Source: Lingula anatina (taxonomy: Eukaryota; Animalia; Brachiopoda). Taken from it: DNA of 64,000 bases. A program made the translations under genes and the position numbers. How positions within the stretch are numbered: the stretch's first letter is position 1; every line of letters begins with the position of its first letter. The stretch covers positions 15,770,534 through 15,834,533 of the forward strand of contig CM120644.1 of NCBI GenBank assembly GCA_051362555.1. The letters are read 5' to 3'. Below are positions 48,867-61,800 of this stretch, in pieces. The notes under the pieces are model-generated. The model had not been told where the DNA came from, did not search any database, and saw only the letters and a list, made by a program, of their open reading frames with translations.

Positions 48867-49662
48867 ATATGTGGTTTGTGCGGCTTCTTAATTTACGTTG
48901 GGGTAGTTAATTCATGACTGGAATCGTTAATATGGGCATTTGGGCTCCCAAATCTAAGTGTCGTGTTAGTATACAGCATTTATCGCTCACTATGTATAGT
49001 CTTCAGGGTTTTTTTCACCAAATTACCGACTGGAGATTACTAACGAAGCGCAGTGCAATAAAGCTGGCGTATTACGCGAGCCAGCAATCAATTTTTATTG
49101 GCCTTGACCTTGCGAGCCTTGTCGATAATTAGAGTGGATTGATGGAGTAGCGTAGCGTATAGGCGCTTGTTACCCATCAACATAAACCTCGGAAAAACAA
49201 AGCACATACATTACATTATGAGCTAAAAACAGATACAAATAAGGTATCCAAGACCACATTATTTATTTATTTATTTATTTATTTTTATATATTTATTTTA
49301 TTTATTTATTTATTTATTTTGCTGAGCAGAGAGAGAGAGAGAGGGAGAGGGAGATAGAAATTTAAATAAACCAGAAGCTATTACATCATAGCATATTTCA
49401 TGTTTTTTGGTATCCAGCCCCAAGCCTCATGTATTAAAATAGATTTAGTTTTGATTTCTATTTCTTATGGTTGACTTTGTAAGCGCAAGGCACTCTGGAC
49501 ATGAGATTATCTTGTTTAATGGCGAGGAGAGAGACGGACTCCAGCTTTTTTTTTGCATTCACCGTCGATTTATTAAGTTTGCGACGAAACGTAAAATGGT
49601 GTATGCTATTGTTGTGCGTCCGGCGTGACATTGCTTACACACAAACTGACCGTGCTCAAAAA

Positions 49663-49693
<31 letters not shown>

Positions 49694-51352
49694 ACAGACG
49701 AATAAATAATCCACCTTAAACAAGCATAAAACATTGGTATGATTTATTATCTGGCTGTTTTTTTTTTTATTTCTGTAAAGGTTCCACTACAATTCTCAAG
49801 TCAAGTATAACATAGCAATATACCATTTGTCGTCTTGCTCGAAATTTGAAGTGAAATTTAAACCGATCAATTAAGGTAAATACAGGTTACAAACCTTGTT
49901 CACACTTTCGTCGACAACTAAAAAAGCCATGTCCAAATAATACGTGCACAACTGGTTCACCAATATGCGGTCTTCCAATGTGTTTTGTTAATTTTCATAG
50001 TTGCATGTAATATAACCAACTGGGGCTCTCCATGCATTGTCTTCCAGAAGATATCGCACTTGATTGCAATTACATGTACAATAAACAAAGCGATTGTTTT
50101 ATTTTAATCAAGACGGTTAAGTTAAGACTATTGATAAGTGAAGAGTGAGTCTCTAAAAAGGGTTCGTTAACAATAAATCCATCGTGCTAGCTTATGTGTA
50201 TTAACTCCACGGGGACTCTCGCTGAATGCAACCAGATTGGCGTATTACCACGCCTCTTGTTTCCAACGAACTCGTATAATCACCAACTTTTTTGTATTGT
50301 ACTCAACACTAGGAGGAGGTGTGTTAATCTATTTATCTAATTGCATTCAGCGAGAGTCCTTGAGGAGGTAGTGCGCGTTAGAAAGTAGTATATAGAGTCA
50401 TTGCGAACGCACCGTAATATTTAACGTTATCTTTGACAAGCATCAGTGAATTTGGTCCATGCTGATAATACTATGGTTCAGATGCAATTTCGAAGTTTTA
50501 ACCCCACAGGAGATCCAAAACAAACCACGATGCTTATTAATTTACATTCATCTCTGTCGCTTTCAACCTGCAAGTCCCTTTGTGTTCCAATGTACGCGCC
50601 AAAGATTGGAGATAATGGACTGTTGAGACTGACCTCGCCTCCCAATACAAAATGTTCCACTTATTGTACATGTATGTGATTCATCATCATGGACAATTTA
50701 CAGCAAACCAATCAAATTTGCCTTGTTCCATCCCAAATGACATTTCCCCATTGAATATCAACCCCGGTAGAGCAAAGTGGAATTTTTTGTCCATTTGGGA
50801 AAGCAGTTTTGGGAAAAAATGAAAAACTAAGTGCATCTGTATTCTTCCTTTTTTAATGCCTTGTATTTGGTACAATTGCTGTAGAGTTTTCAGTCTTAAG
50901 TGCATTTGTGATCACAGTAAGAGGTGGACAAGTCTTGTTCTTTGATCTGAAATTAAAACATGGATTGCATTAGTTGAGATAATGTGTACATCTTAATCGA
51001 GATGTAAGTTCGGCAGATTGCGTAACACAATTTGGATACGAAGGCGCCCGAAGTTGGCCGAGCGCATTTTCTAATGAGAGGGAGGCATGCAATGCATTAG
51101 GTGAGATTTATCACAATCAAACGCGTGGAAATTCAGAACAAAAACTACATTATAAGTGTGGCAGTTTGAAAAAATAGGGATTACTCAGTCTACTTTAAAA
51201 TAACCGTGCTGTGCGTACGTGCATGTGTATACGTGTGCATTTGCACATGAGCGTGCATGTGCGTTTGTCGGTGGTTTGTGAGGGAATACACAATCCAAAA
51301 GCACACGCACCTTGAACTTAACTAGAAGAAGTTCCTCAAAGATGAATCAACA

Positions 51353-52356
51353 TCATCTTCGTCGTCTTCGCCCCACAGCCGTCAGGTCCGGTAGGTTGTA
51401 CAGCGAATCCACGGTCCACTGATTCCGCTTGGTATTCCTCATGAGCGTCCGATCGCGTTGCGGCTTTAAAGCCAATCGCAGTATCTTGAAAGCTAAAGTG
51501 GATATGTCCTAAAAATGGAAGAAAATGGTTGTTATTCTTTAACCATCGCCATTACGAAAATTCGTCGCAGATTTCTTGCGCATTTTGGTGGGTTTGACTT
51601 CATCACAATAAAAGAGGTCCAACAAAGAGTTTTTGAGACGGTATAAAATGTTCAGATTGTCCTTTTATCGTAAAAAGCAATACTAATCACTACTGAATCG
51701 GTTATTTTTCATTATTTCAAAAACTTAGACGCGAAAACAAGCAGTGAAGCTGATAATAGCGAAATCAACATTAACCTACTCATTGTACTCCCTTCCAACC
51801 CCCCCAGGCACCCCCATCCCCCCTCCATCCCCCCCTCCCCCCCCTCCCCCACCCCCCAACACAGTTATGTCTGTCCATGTACGTTCACTGATAAGGTATT
51901 TCCTTGCACTGTGATATAACGACTGTTTTTTTTCTATAGGAAACCAACACTTCACTATGCCTTGTTGGGTGGAATACGCTGATTGATACTGCTTCATTAC
52001 AATTCAATGTAGAGCGCTTTGATGTACGGTAGATTGCAGCAAAGGGATTGTGATTTCTAGGGAAATTGATAATATGTCCTACTAGGAGCTTTCAGAGGTA
52101 TGTACAGTATACACAAAAGCTTGCACCTTGGGCTCCTCAGTTGAGGCTATAACAAATCACCAAAGATACTAGTATATATAATGGCGAGTTTAGGATTCTG
52201 CTAAAGGAAAGGGGGGGGGGGGGCACAATGATAATAAAAATTGCCTCCATTCGCTGACTGAATATAAAACAGTCAGTACACGAGGACATTTTACTATTAT
52301 AATTAGGCCCTGGGATGAAAAAAATTGTCATTTATTTAATTGTTTAATTATTTATT

Positions 52357-52392
<36 letters not shown>

Positions 52393-53402
52393 GTTGTTGT
52401 TGTTGTTATGTTAATGATGGCTCTCGTGAATGAAACGGAGGTACCTTCGGAGCTTAGGGCGGTTGTAACTACCCTTCCCCCCCCTACCCGCGTATCTGCC
52501 ACACACAGTCTTATATGTACACTTAAATAAAGCCACTAGACTGAGTCGGGATAGTTATTATACAACACAGACAAACCTACTGCAGAAATTAAGGGTGGTG
52601 TTAGATTTGCCTAGACCCACACACGCAAAAGCGACATCAAATGAACGGTATATCAATGTTCGCTTTAGTCTGACAGCTTGTTCTTATCACACAGTTCGCC
52701 TTAACATAGCTTAAAATTCAAATTCTTGTTGTTGCTGTTGTTGTTGTTTATTAATATATTTATCATTATTTGAAATTGAATCGATTAAGATGTCGTTCGA
52801 GTATATATAATATAATAGTATATATAATAATGCATTGTAATAAAAAGTGTAATGGCGCGTTTAGAATCAAATGTTTAACATGCTGTCGAAAAACACGAAA
52901 TTACCTAGGACCTCTTGAATCAAAGAGCAGCGCCTTGAAAACAAATTAGGAATGAAATATCTCCATGATACGCAAATGGAGTGGTATTGGCAATCCTCCG
53001 CATTTCGTTGTCTTAAATTAACTAGTAATTTTCTCATTATTTCTAATTTTTCATTTTTGTGCTCCAGGTAGCGGTATGTCCTACCTATCTTGTCAAAAGT
53101 TGCTTTTGTGTTAATTTATTTCATTCACCAATTTATTTATTTTCTATCGTTTACACATAGAGAACATATATACATACTTGCATACATATAAACATACATG
53201 TACATATACATGTAAATATCGGTATAAACACATATAAGTACACATGCATCTAACCACTTACGTTTGCATCTTTGTCCGCCAAGTAGTTCGTATTGTCGAG
53301 CTGCTGGAAGTCAGTCGCACTGGTGATAAGAACACTAAGTAGAACTATTAACAGGGCAATGAAGACACCATAAGATGAGGGTTGACACCGCCTGGACCGC
53401 AT
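51353..53402 (-). CDS. PDF: Pigment-dispersing factor / cerebrin-type neuropeptide precursor (98 aa, 2 coding exons)
   Basis: Exon 53402-53262 (acceptor TTTTACAG just upstream; MRSRRCQPSSYGVFIALLIVLLSVLITSA signal peptide ...ADKDAN; donor GTAAGT, phase 0) joins exon 51508-51353 (acceptor TTTTTAG; DISTLAFKILRLALKPQRDRTLMRNT-KR-NQWTVDSLYNLPDLTAV-G-RRRRR*). The peptide fits the N..T.D.LYNLPDL...amide cerebrin pattern. Confidence 0.9.
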
Positions 53403-53909
53403 GCTGTAAAAACAAAACAAAACATAAAAAACATGGAATAATAACCGTGATTTTGACACCCCCCTCCCTTAAACCAACTCTCGGAATATCTCGCATTATT
53501 TCAAAATAATTAGCCGCATATAGTCTTATCTTGGACGGTCACCATCGGATGCTCATGATTAATACCTCATGACGCGCGAAATAAAGGAAATAAACATTGG
53601 GTTCAAATAACGTTTCCCTGAAATAAAAACTGCCTACATGTTATTGTACACTGCACTTGTAGTATAATGATAATAATAATAAAATAATAATAACAATAAT
53701 GATATTGTATAAAAACAAAAACCAACCCCTTAATACGTTGGTTATTCTTCTTTGCTTTGCTTGGTCGGCTACGAAATGTATCGTCCTCGCACTCTAAGTC
53801 TTTTGATATGTGTTACATATGTTTTGGCGAGTGTGGTGAGAGAATGTAACTTGTCGACCACGCAAAGGCAGGAACTTAAGAACTATAGACGGTACATTGT
53901 ATAATGCAA

Positions 53910-53974
53910 TTATATAGGGATCTCACGGGAATGAACTTATTTGACGTCATTCCATCCCTGCTCTACCTGAGTCA
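53910..53974 (-). promoter_or_regulatory. Candidate promoter of the PDF/cerebrin gene: AP-1 site, CRE and TATA box
   Basis: TGAGTCA at 53968-53974, palindromic TGACGTCA at 53942-53949 and TATATAA on the minus strand at 53916-53910, in the right order about 500 bp upstream of the ATG exon. Confidence 0.5.
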
Positions 53975-54190
53975 ACCTGCCAGGAATACCTTTTTTTATA
54001 ATTGTTTCTTAGAATTGAACCTTACGAAAGAGGAATTATTAGTTTGTGTAGCTTTGAGATGATGAGAGAAAGGCGCATATCGTGCGTGTTCAAAATGCAC
54101 ATCTGCATTATTAAATATTTTTGTGCATTTGCACATGTACTACACGTTTGTATTGACTACAGGGGTTTGATGGGGACAAAAGTGAACTCT

Positions 54191-54249
<59 letters not shown>

Positions 54250-54489
54250 GGTGCTTGTACATGTATTTGTGAGGGTTGCTTTCAAAGGATGGAAAATCTA
54301 AAATTGTAGCGTATGTAATCATGTAGTAGCCAATGGACCTCATATCTCTGTACCAGTTTTTTTATTATCTAATAACAGGATGATATCGTATAAATCCGTG
54401 CCACCAGGAAAAGCTGATAACTCATTTAAAACCACCATAGCTTTCTTTTTTAAATAATAATAATAATAATAATAATAAATGTTTGAAAA

Positions 54490-54564
<75 letters not shown>

Positions 54565-57500
54565 GCACTGCAAGGAAGCAAGGGTGACTGCACTAAAATG
54601 CTCTTTCACCACCGTACGTGCGTGTATTGGAAATGAGCCAATTGCTTCAGCAGTCGATCTTTATCGCGTCTCAGGCTATGAATTCCGATGTTCAGAATCT
54701 TCAATTAGTCCACTTTTGGTCTAGCCTTGGAACAGCGCTGAGCCTTAGTTTACCCGCTAATCATAGTTTCGTAAAGTTGTAAAATCGCTACTGGACTAAA
54801 TAATTGGCAGGTCACTTATAATCTTGAAGTTAACGTGACAGGTAAGACGAGAACATTAATTGGAATTTAACGGTTGCCAATATTGGTTATTCCCATGGTA
54901 TTTCTCATCATTTTGGTATGAAGATTTGAAATAAATATATCGCACACCAGAGCTTGAACACCATTCCTGTAGCCGCAAAGGTATACCATATCCAAATCAG
55001 TTCACAGAAATACGACCCATAAACACAGGCCTTTTGCATGTTCTAAAAGTCAGATTCTCTGGTAGTAGATAAAAAGGCTTATCAATTCTACTCGACCTTA
55101 ACGGAAAAATGGAAAATTAAAACTCGAAAATAGTTTTAGGTACAGTAAGAAAAACCTTGGTGTACAAGTATAAATCGCTCCAATTTCCTTTTTTTTTTTT
55201 TTTTTTTTGTTATTGCTGTATAAATTTCTTTTAACGCACATGTCTTTTAATCCGGCTCATTTTCAACACAGCTTAAATAACCAGATAGAAAATATTTAAT
55301 ACATCCTAATTGTGGGGCATCGAGGATTAATGTCAGCAATGTCCATCGGATTTTGTAGATAATTACGCATGTTCAAGATCTAGGCTTGAATATCACAGAA
55401 AAACTCCAGGGATGTATATTATAAAAAAAAACGAATATGCATTTTGTAACCACAATAAATGTCTTGTCACTACAAAAAGGCATAATCAAGACTTTAAAAA
55501 GCCGCACCAAGCTCATGAAAGCAAACGTTTGGTTTGCCATTCCTCAAACAAGGTACATTTTGTCGGCTGCATTCAAACTGGAAAGCTGTGTCGCTGCAAT
55601 TCTGCTATATTAGCCATATGTCCTATGCTATAGTTAAAACGACTCTTCGTATGAGATCCATATTTCACAATAAATACCTTCCAAACAACTCATAGAAATA
55701 TAATAAACTCTATTTTACCACCAAAACGGCGTTTATCGCAAATATGCAATTATTCTCGAATCTGTCATAGCACTAACAGTAACATTATATGGATCCGTGA
55801 TTTTGCCGCAAAATAATTTATGTAGTTTGAACACCCCTCTCACGGAAACCCCCTTTTTAAAACCAGACATGTTTATGAACAGTCATTTTCTTATAGTCAC
55901 ATGTATGACTATGGCATCCATTTGTACATATGCAACATTATCAAGTCAAATGCCAACAGAATGCCAAACATACAAGTCTCACTTTACACGATAAGTACCC
56001 ATTATTGTCAATTTTATTTGGTTTTTATATACTCCACTTTGTCCTAAAGACCTTATGTTCGTCCCCTCCCCGTCCCCCCCCCCACACACACGCATGTACA
56101 TGCACATGCGCTCTCCCCCCCCCCCCACACACACATTTTCGCAAATGTCAAAATATCTGCAAAATTAAACACAACGAACAGAAGCCCGCTCTATGGAGAA
56201 TCTTTAATTTCCTTGCCTCACTCTCATTCAGTTCGTCACTATCCCAAATTCAGTTGGCCTTTTGACCATGTTTTAAACTCTCTGTTTTGTTCCGCACACC
56301 GTTAATAACTCATTACAGAATTCCACATCACCTGAATACCATGGCTTGTCACGCCGAAGAACGGATAAGCTTATCACGACTATATTAAACAGTGTATAAT
56401 TAAGCCGTATCGCATGATAGAAAAGTCGCGAAAAAAATTTTTGATTAATCAGGCATGCTGCAAAACACGCTGGTTGGAAGGAAAACTAATTGTGACCGAC
56501 GTGGACCACATTATTTGTAACTGCTATTATTGATGAAGATTTATATGGAATTATTTCCTCTGATACGCATCCTTTCTATTAATCTTTATCCCTTAAACTT
56601 TCTGTTTATAGTGACGGTTCCAGTTGAGGCACAGCGGGACACGTCTCCTGAACTCCCCTTTTCGCCGTTGTCAAAAACACTGAAAAACCATACCCTCTAC
56701 CATTATTATTGTGGACATATGTGCTAAGGCGACAGTGCAAAGATTGGCCATCTATTTAACCAGAGACATATCTATTAATATCTAGTGAAAAATCAATCTG
56801 TGGCCCTGGTAGAGGGTAGAAAAAACAGAACTATAGCTTGAATATAAGGCTCCACACCCAGGCAGCTTGCTTAATGCAATCAGCTTAATTGAATGGCTTG
56901 CCTCCTCCTGACGTTGAATAGAATACAGAAAATATGGTGATTATACTAGTACGTTGGAAACCAGAGGAGATGTGTCATTCAGTCAAACTGATTGCACTCA
57001 GCAAGAGTCCCAGCAACTTTGGATCGATTTACGTAGACCGATGGTGTTTATGGGAATGGGGTCTAAATTTTGGACGGGTTCCAAACGAAAGCATAAGACA
57101 CGTGAAGTGAAGGAACATAGAAAAATTTGCATAAAATATATATAAAAAAACAATTTGTTTCTCATAGACCAAGAGTTAAAACGCAACTTGAAAATAAATG
57201 CACCACTGTAGGTATAAAAAGAAAGAAACAGTGCAATGTAGAACCGGGAATGGAAGCGAAATATAATATGGCCTCAAAGATGTTGGTATGTTGCGGCATG
57301 ATATTGAAGGGAAACGTGTAATGGCTTCGACGGAATGTCTACTCGAGACTTCAGAGGCTTTGACCTCAGAAAATGTGTTTTCCATCGAGGTAAAACACAA
57401 TGCATAGCCTATATATCTCACGTAATTGAGCATCAACAAAATCATTTTAGTCCGCTTTCAGAAAGGGAAATGAATGAATAAATTGAGCAGATAGAAAATC

Positions 57501-58831
57501 GTTCGTACTTTGGACATCACTTTGTTTTGTTGGAAGGCACTTTTGATTATCATTTAACGCATTCTGCACGAATGGATGATACATTTAACAGGAATAAAAA
57601 CATGTTTGAAAAAAAAAACGCAGCGTCAGTTGATGCATTAGAAACAATACATCGCTATCTTCTGTTTAAATAAAACAAAATGAATCTCGACAAGTAATTA
57701 ACGTATGGCCCGCGAATGTAAATTTGCAACCATAAACATCAATGCACTTGTTTCAATTAAGGAGTCAAGATTTATCTTTAAATGCGGCAAAACGCAGCAA
57801 ATTTGCTGCAATATTGCTGCAAACTGCAGTTGATTCTTGCAAGTTTGCAGCAAATTTGCTACAATATGGCTGCAAAGTTGCAACAATACAATTTTTCTCG
57901 CAAACTCCTGCACACCTGTTGCTACAGACTTTTCATTTTGCTAAGGGCGGTTATACATTGATACCACAGAACTTAATATAACCCAATTTTTTTAAAACTG
58001 GAATGTTGCTTTAACTGCTTCAAAATTGTTGTTACAGGCAACGTTAAAATTGTTCATATTGGTTCTCGAAGAAAAAAAAGAATCCACGTGATTTGTTCTG
58101 GTAAACGATAATTCGAGTTACAAGATGAGCAGCAATGCCAAAGTTGACAGTAGCGGAGACACTCATACATGTAGCAGGCTAAGTCCTATATGCCTTACAT
58201 CATTTTGCAAGCGACATCCACTCATTGCCATCCGTACTTTACCACAAAACTAGCAACAGAGTCATATTTCCAAGAAAGCATTCAAATGCACTGTAGATAA
58301 TGCCCTTCTCGTTTGAAATAAATGTGTTTTGCTCACTTGCACGTTGCTGTGCTTTGTGCCTCTGAAAGAATTATCAGATTATTCATATCCACCTATAGGT
58401 ATTGTAATGCAGTGAATGTCTTTGAGAGTAAGGTTTATGAAGTTTCAGCAGAAAGGGAGCTATATAAATTGGATCACGTTTCACCTTAGAATTGTATTTT
58501 ATCTTAGAATTATATCTTAACACGACATGCGGCTGAGATTGTGATAATATTAGGTGACATTCTGTGCATGGATGGTGTAATGATAAAAAAGCACTGTGTT
58601 TTATATCGCATTAATTGCTGGATATTTTTGTAGGCCCCCTCCCCCCCCCCCAAAAAAAAAAAAAAAGAAAATTTGAGTCACACCAGCGAAGCACACATTT
58701 TGTGAAACATTTGTATATTTTTTATATATTCCATAATTTTTGCTGTTTTAATTTTACTATTGTACTATCCAATATGGAAAAAAATTGAAGTAGTTAAAAG
58801 TGATTAAAACAGTTATGTAAATATAACGCAA

Positions 58832-58863
<32 letters not shown>

Positions 58864-61800
58864 AAAAACGGGCATCAATCACACGAGTTTTCGCTTTATA
58901 TAATTGAGACTACGGCACCTTGCAGCTACAGGGTAGATCCCATGGCAAATAAACGCACTGTTCACTTTTTGTGTAATTACCCTTTGTCTCTTCTTGTGCT
59001 CCCTAAATCTAGGATCCTTCAATAACTTTTAAGATTCTCCTTGAATTCCGACCCCTTTCATGTGTATTAGTACACGGTGTACTGAGCTATACACTGGTTG
59101 CTGTAGTTAGACAGATTACGATAATAAATAATGGATGATGGAGGGTAATTACTTTATGATACCGGCCACTCTTCTTGTTGTTTTACTCAATGAACGTCTA
59201 GGGTGTTATTAAGCGAACGGCATTTAAAAGGCGGGCCAGATTAGAAAGCCCAAAGGTGTTATTTGTACTAGTTACAACACGAGTCGGCCATTGTATACTA
59301 GCTACAAACAAGAGCATAATTTTTGTGGCGCAGCCGATTTATCGACTTATCCTACGGTTGGCGCTTCGAACAATAGGGCCACGGGATTAGATTTGATAGT
59401 TGATCGATCTTTGATTTCACACAGATCGGTGTTTAGAGATAATTCCCCTAATGTTTTAATAAATTGATGCTGCTAGCAGTGCGTTTGGATTTCAAATTAA
59501 TTGGTCCCTGGCGCGTGCAGAGTAATGTTATACGATTTAAACGTGATCATAAATGAAAAATTATCAAACACAAGCCGTAAAACTTTCCCCTAGCTTACGG
59601 CCAACCTGGCCTTGGACCTTCATCAGACTGATGAAGGCCCATTTTTGCTCGGTTTAACGTGGTTTTAAACCGTGAACATACATGAAATACGGGACGTACA
59701 TATCCTCAAACTTGAAAAATACTTAATACTAAATATTCTGTATATTCTGCTATAAATTTGCAATTTACGAAAAAAAATAAAAAATTACCGCTTTGCTTTT
59801 ATTTAAGTAATTTAAGTATATTTAAGTATATTCCCATTTTCCCAGTTTCTTTTAAATGAATGGATACCGCACTTATTTTTCTCACATTAAAGTGTTAATT
59901 ACAATAAAATAACCTCAAGCTTCCTTCATTCTAAACAAGCATTTAGGCTTACATGTAGATCCATTATAAATATATCTAGTTTATAACAAATACATAAGTT
60001 AGATTTTAACGCATCTTTAAATATCTACTGTGTTTAGTACAATGTCAGAGCTGAAGTTCTTACACGTACTAGTACGTCAAGGTACTCACACGTTTTGCGT
60101 TCCGCTTCGAAGCAAATATGGCAAAACCAGGGGGACGACTGCGTTCACGCTTGCTCTACTACGCAATTCAGTTACATGTAACTCTACATCCTACCGGATA
60201 AGGAACTTAGCGCAAGCGTCATTAATATAGAGGAATGGTAAATAATAACCACAGAAGCTGTGGGAGACAGACTAGCTGCCAACAAAAACCACCATTCACC
60301 CTTGCAAGAGTGTAGATGGAAATTATAAACGAGAACGAAAGAGAATGAGATTTGTGCCGAGCTGCGCTATAGCTCGTTAAGACAAAACTGATTAAGCTCA
60401 GCTATTTTCATGCTCTGTTGCTTTATTGGTGTAATAACTTAAAATTAACTAAAAAATGAACAACAACAACAGTGCAAAGTTGTTTTGTAATACAGCAGAT
60501 GATAAATTGAATTTAATGCCCGTTTACATACAAAATTCCATTTGATGTGGCGGTCTCAGGGTAGATCAAAAAGAACTGGAACGTATAAACAAAACAGCCC
60601 CACAGGCATTACCATGTGACATAAAAGCATTGCCTACTAGGGTTACACACATCCAATATCATCATTCAAGTCTGTCTATCAAAGATAACCCGCGAGGGAA
60701 GCGTTTTTCGATGTTCAGCTAATGGCGTAATCTGTTACGACAGCCCCATCAACGGCAATTAATGGGTCGTCAATGGGATATAAAAGATGTCGATTTTACA
60801 CATTTAAAACATTTTCCTGCTACAGGTGCCTGTAATATGTCGAAGTCGCCCAGCGAAAAAATTAATTCTGTTGCCAAAAGATAGTATTTTCATAGGAGCT
60901 TGTTCTGTGAGCGTTTTTATTCCCAACACCCTACTAGAGTGTGCACGAGTGCCGGGGAAGATATTGGTAATTTCCCCCGAAATTCAGACCAAATTTTGAC
61001 TCGTGAAACTGGTCTATTGACATAAATGCATGCAGTTCTCCAAATTTCCAAATGTCTCTATCCCAAATTTTGTGGTACGAACACACAACACAATAATTAC
61101 TTTGATGTGAATATTAAAATGAAAATTATTCTTAAATTTGCCAACCAGACCAATTCAATTAAAGCAAATTAAAACGAAATTTGTGCAATTACAATAAATA
61201 AAAAAAACAGCCTTGTAGAGTTCATAGTCAGTATCTCACTATTGTATTTAAAAGAAGGATTTCGCCGACATAATAAATACCCATAAAACTAAGCAACTTT
61301 CCAATCGCTTTACCCCACATACATGTACAGTAGTATGGCTGAACATCTCATCTGTGATCGGATTTTAAATGCCTGTGACCCTTCAACTTCCAAGATAAAA
61401 CTCTGCGTTTGCAGCGGTCTACTGAGTATACCATTCAATCATCAAGAAAAATGCCAGAAATATTATAACGGAATGGGTTAATGCTTTGCATATTGCTATA
61501 GGATATGTTAAAAGTAGCATATGAATCTCAATTATGGTTTTCCTTAATCATAATTAACGATCCAAGAGGTTTTAATAACAGATTTCGAAGCTTAATCGCT
61601 TTTAATTAATGACCCCGCCTTCGCCAAAATGACACATGACTTTCGTGGATGATTGATATGGTGACACCAATGCTGTGACAACCGTATATTTCATAAGGCG
61701 ATATCAATGAAAACAGCGTGTTGTATTTCAAATGTATTATACCATGAAAAGTGCCATTATTCCCCTTCATTATTAAAAGTGGTTTATTCTATACTAGAAT

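Noticed and set aside
41755-53402. GPCR and PDF/cerebrin gene as a linked ligand-receptor pair
   Set aside because: Known PDF receptors are class B (secretin-type) and this receptor is class A; being 8.5 kb apart is not evidence of pairing.
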